NCBI GenBank assembly: GCA_009602735.1
Contig: WELA01003597.1
Span: 403,265-467,264, forward strand
Reading direction: 5' to 3'
Origin: Mesotaenium endlicherianum
Lineage: Eukaryota
Length of the DNA stretch: 64,000 nucleotides
Below, piece after piece: positions 62,017 to 64,000 of the stretch (positions within the stretch are counted from its first letter, which is position 1; every line of letters begins with the position of its first letter). A program made the position numbers and the translations under genes. The notes under the pieces are model-generated. The model saw nothing but the letters and a program-made list of their open reading frames with translations, did no database searches and was not told the DNA's origin.

Positions 62017-62727
62017 TGTAATGAATCAGTTCATTATATATTTAATTTATTTCATGTATAAATACAACAATAAATAAGTATTATATCAATATACTCACAG
62101 GCGCGAATTCATTTAAATGAATGTATGTCGATGTAATGCGAGTTTACTTACTTTGTCAAAAAGGTCAGCAGGATGACTTTTGTATCACAGTGTAGTTTGC
62201 TCACTTTGTTGAGAAGGTCTGCAAGATGACTTTTGTATCATAGTATAATTTGCTGAGATTTATATATCAGTTATATGTAGGATGTAATATCAGCAGGATG
62301 ACATATAGTAAGCTCGCTTGATATTAGTCAGTATACTTAGCTTCAGTATGCTGAGGGTAGATATATTCATTTAGATTACTATTTGTAGATTGGCAAATGT
62401 AATCGTAGTATACTGAAAGTCGGAAGGTCAACTGAGATTCGATAAACCGATGTCCTACCAGTGTGGTTAACTCCTGGGTAGGCGGAGCCGTGGTCAGTCA
62501 ACTGAACAATTAGGACTTCAGTCAACCGACCAATTAATACGATCGTTATACCTAGATCCGTGGGTCCCAACTTAACGGGTTTCCCACGAAACGGCGCACC
62601 CTGCGCCGTGGTCAACCAGGTGGTCACTAGGTACATAGCAGGCTGGGATCTCGTGGTCCCTCATTCTGGACAGTCGGCTTTACAGTCGGATTTCTACTTG
62701 CAAGTCATGTGTGCACTTTTGGGTTCG
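62017..62727. mobile_element. Family Y LTR fragment, inverted relative to 9178-9736
   Basis: Starts TGTAATGAATC; reverse-complement homology to 9178-9736. Confidence 0.8.
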
Positions 62728-64000
62728 TTCTAATGACCAGCCTTCACGGAAATTGACATGGCTGCTTCGTCTGCGCTCCAAATGGAGCGAACTAGGACTT
62801 TTTGAAAAGGTCTCGTCAAGATGCATCCATTTTTGTTAAGTTTGCTCAATTTAGAGGAAATATTGGCAGATTTAGGCCCTGTGACATTTCGGGGTCACAC
62901 AGCGGATAGATTCCATGGTTTTGCACCTAAGTCATTGGGATGTGTTTTAGCTACATCATGGTCACCTGAATGGGAGCGCCTTTGCTATACAGTCCCCTGT
63001 GTTGTGCATGTGCTATACATGCTTGCATGCCTGGTAGGCAAGAGGCCATGAGTTTCTAAAGGAGAACCTCAAGTCCTCAAGCTTGCCTCTTACTTGTGCC
63101 TCGTGTTAGTGTGCAACTATGGCACATTACGGTAAGTGAGTCAAGGGGTGTAGATGAGTTGATGGAATTCATTATAAGGTCGAAGATCGCTCCTTGACTT
63201 CACACGCTTCCACCTGTCTCTGATCTTATATATTCAAATGAAATATATTAATCTTGAATAAGCAAGATTCATTTCACTGGCACGGAAGCATCACTTCCTT
63301 CTTTCATCCTCACAGGCATCGCTTCGCTATAGCTGGCCGTGTGCAGCGCCGATTTAGATCGCCGGACGTTCAAAGCCTGGCAGTTGTGTGCACCCCGACG
63401 AAGGGTGCAGAGACGAAGGGTGCAAAGAAAACCTTACTCATTTTTTCCCCCTCAAAAGTGCAGAGAAATTCCAACCTTAGTCGAGTGCACCCCAACGAAG
63501 GGTGCAGAGACGAAGGGTGTTGAGAAAAACCTTACTCAGTTTTTCCCCCTCACAAGTGCAGAGAAAAAAACCTACTCCTTTTTTTTCCCCCTCACAAGCT
63601 CGCCTCCCTGGCCCGCGAGAAGAGCTCGTGACATCGAGTCAGTCCACACGCGCGTCTTGCATGCATGCATGCAACTCAACGTCCTCGGAGGGCCGGGCCA
63701 GCCCAGCCCAGCCAAAGCGAGGCCCGAGTGTCACGCGACCCCGGCCCTTCCTTCACCCGTTACCCTAATTCATTCGTCTCCCCTCCGAGTCGAAATGCAC
63801 AACCTACTCATGAGTGTCTTTAAATCCGCTTCGCCCAGCTCGATCCTCCCCCATCATGCACCACCATTTTGTTAATTTTTCACCTCCCGAACCCGTTTGC
63901 TTGGACCCCTCCCTCTCTATCTCGCTCCTCTTAATCTAATCTTCAATCCCCGTCCTCGCAATTCAGTGGGTGGGTTGTGTGAGGGACGGCGCCCATGCGC

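Larger units (their letters stand above)
58552..64000 (+). repeat. Local repeat family in at least three copies (about 58552-58620, 60480-61140, 63325-64000)
   Basis: Shared GACGAAGGGTGCAGAG, CCCCTCACAAGCTCGCCTCCCTGGCC, TCTTGCATGCA..AACGTCCTCGG and GGCGCCCATGCGC blocks; the first copy is partial. Confidence 0.8.

Noticed and set aside
63393..63600. Spaced repeats resembling a CRISPR array
   Set aside because: Eukaryotic context, spacers similar to one another and no cas genes.

Overview
Eukaryotic, intron-rich nuclear DNA from a green plant lineage; the gene set, GC-rich exons and microsatellite or poly-G-rich introns suggest a streptophyte alga (inference). Host genes: the 3' nine exons of ETF-ubiquinone oxidoreductase (420-4935, +), tRNA-Ala(AGC), an eight-exon DGD1-type digalactosyldiacylglycerol synthase (42916-48492, +), a seven-exon PPOX2-like pyridoxamine 5'-phosphate oxidase (51851-57129, -) and tRNA-Phe(GAA) with a tRNA-like twin just upstream. 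From about 9.1 to 41.3 kb is a nested transposon island that can be rebuilt from target-site duplications (TSDs). An old Ty3/gypsy element (A) hosts solo LTRs and a defective chromovirus (B), and B hosts a young intact chromovirus (C). A minus-strand gypsy element (D) lacks the integrase core, has a decayed extra ORF of about 560 codons at the env position, and carries a piggyBac-like DNA transposon in its 5' LTR. Top leads: the extra ORF of D, the piggyBac with palindromic subterminal repeats, -1 frameshift cassettes in B, C and D, and a shared PBS variant that may point to a non-standard host initiator tRNA. All comparisons were made by eye; no searches were run.
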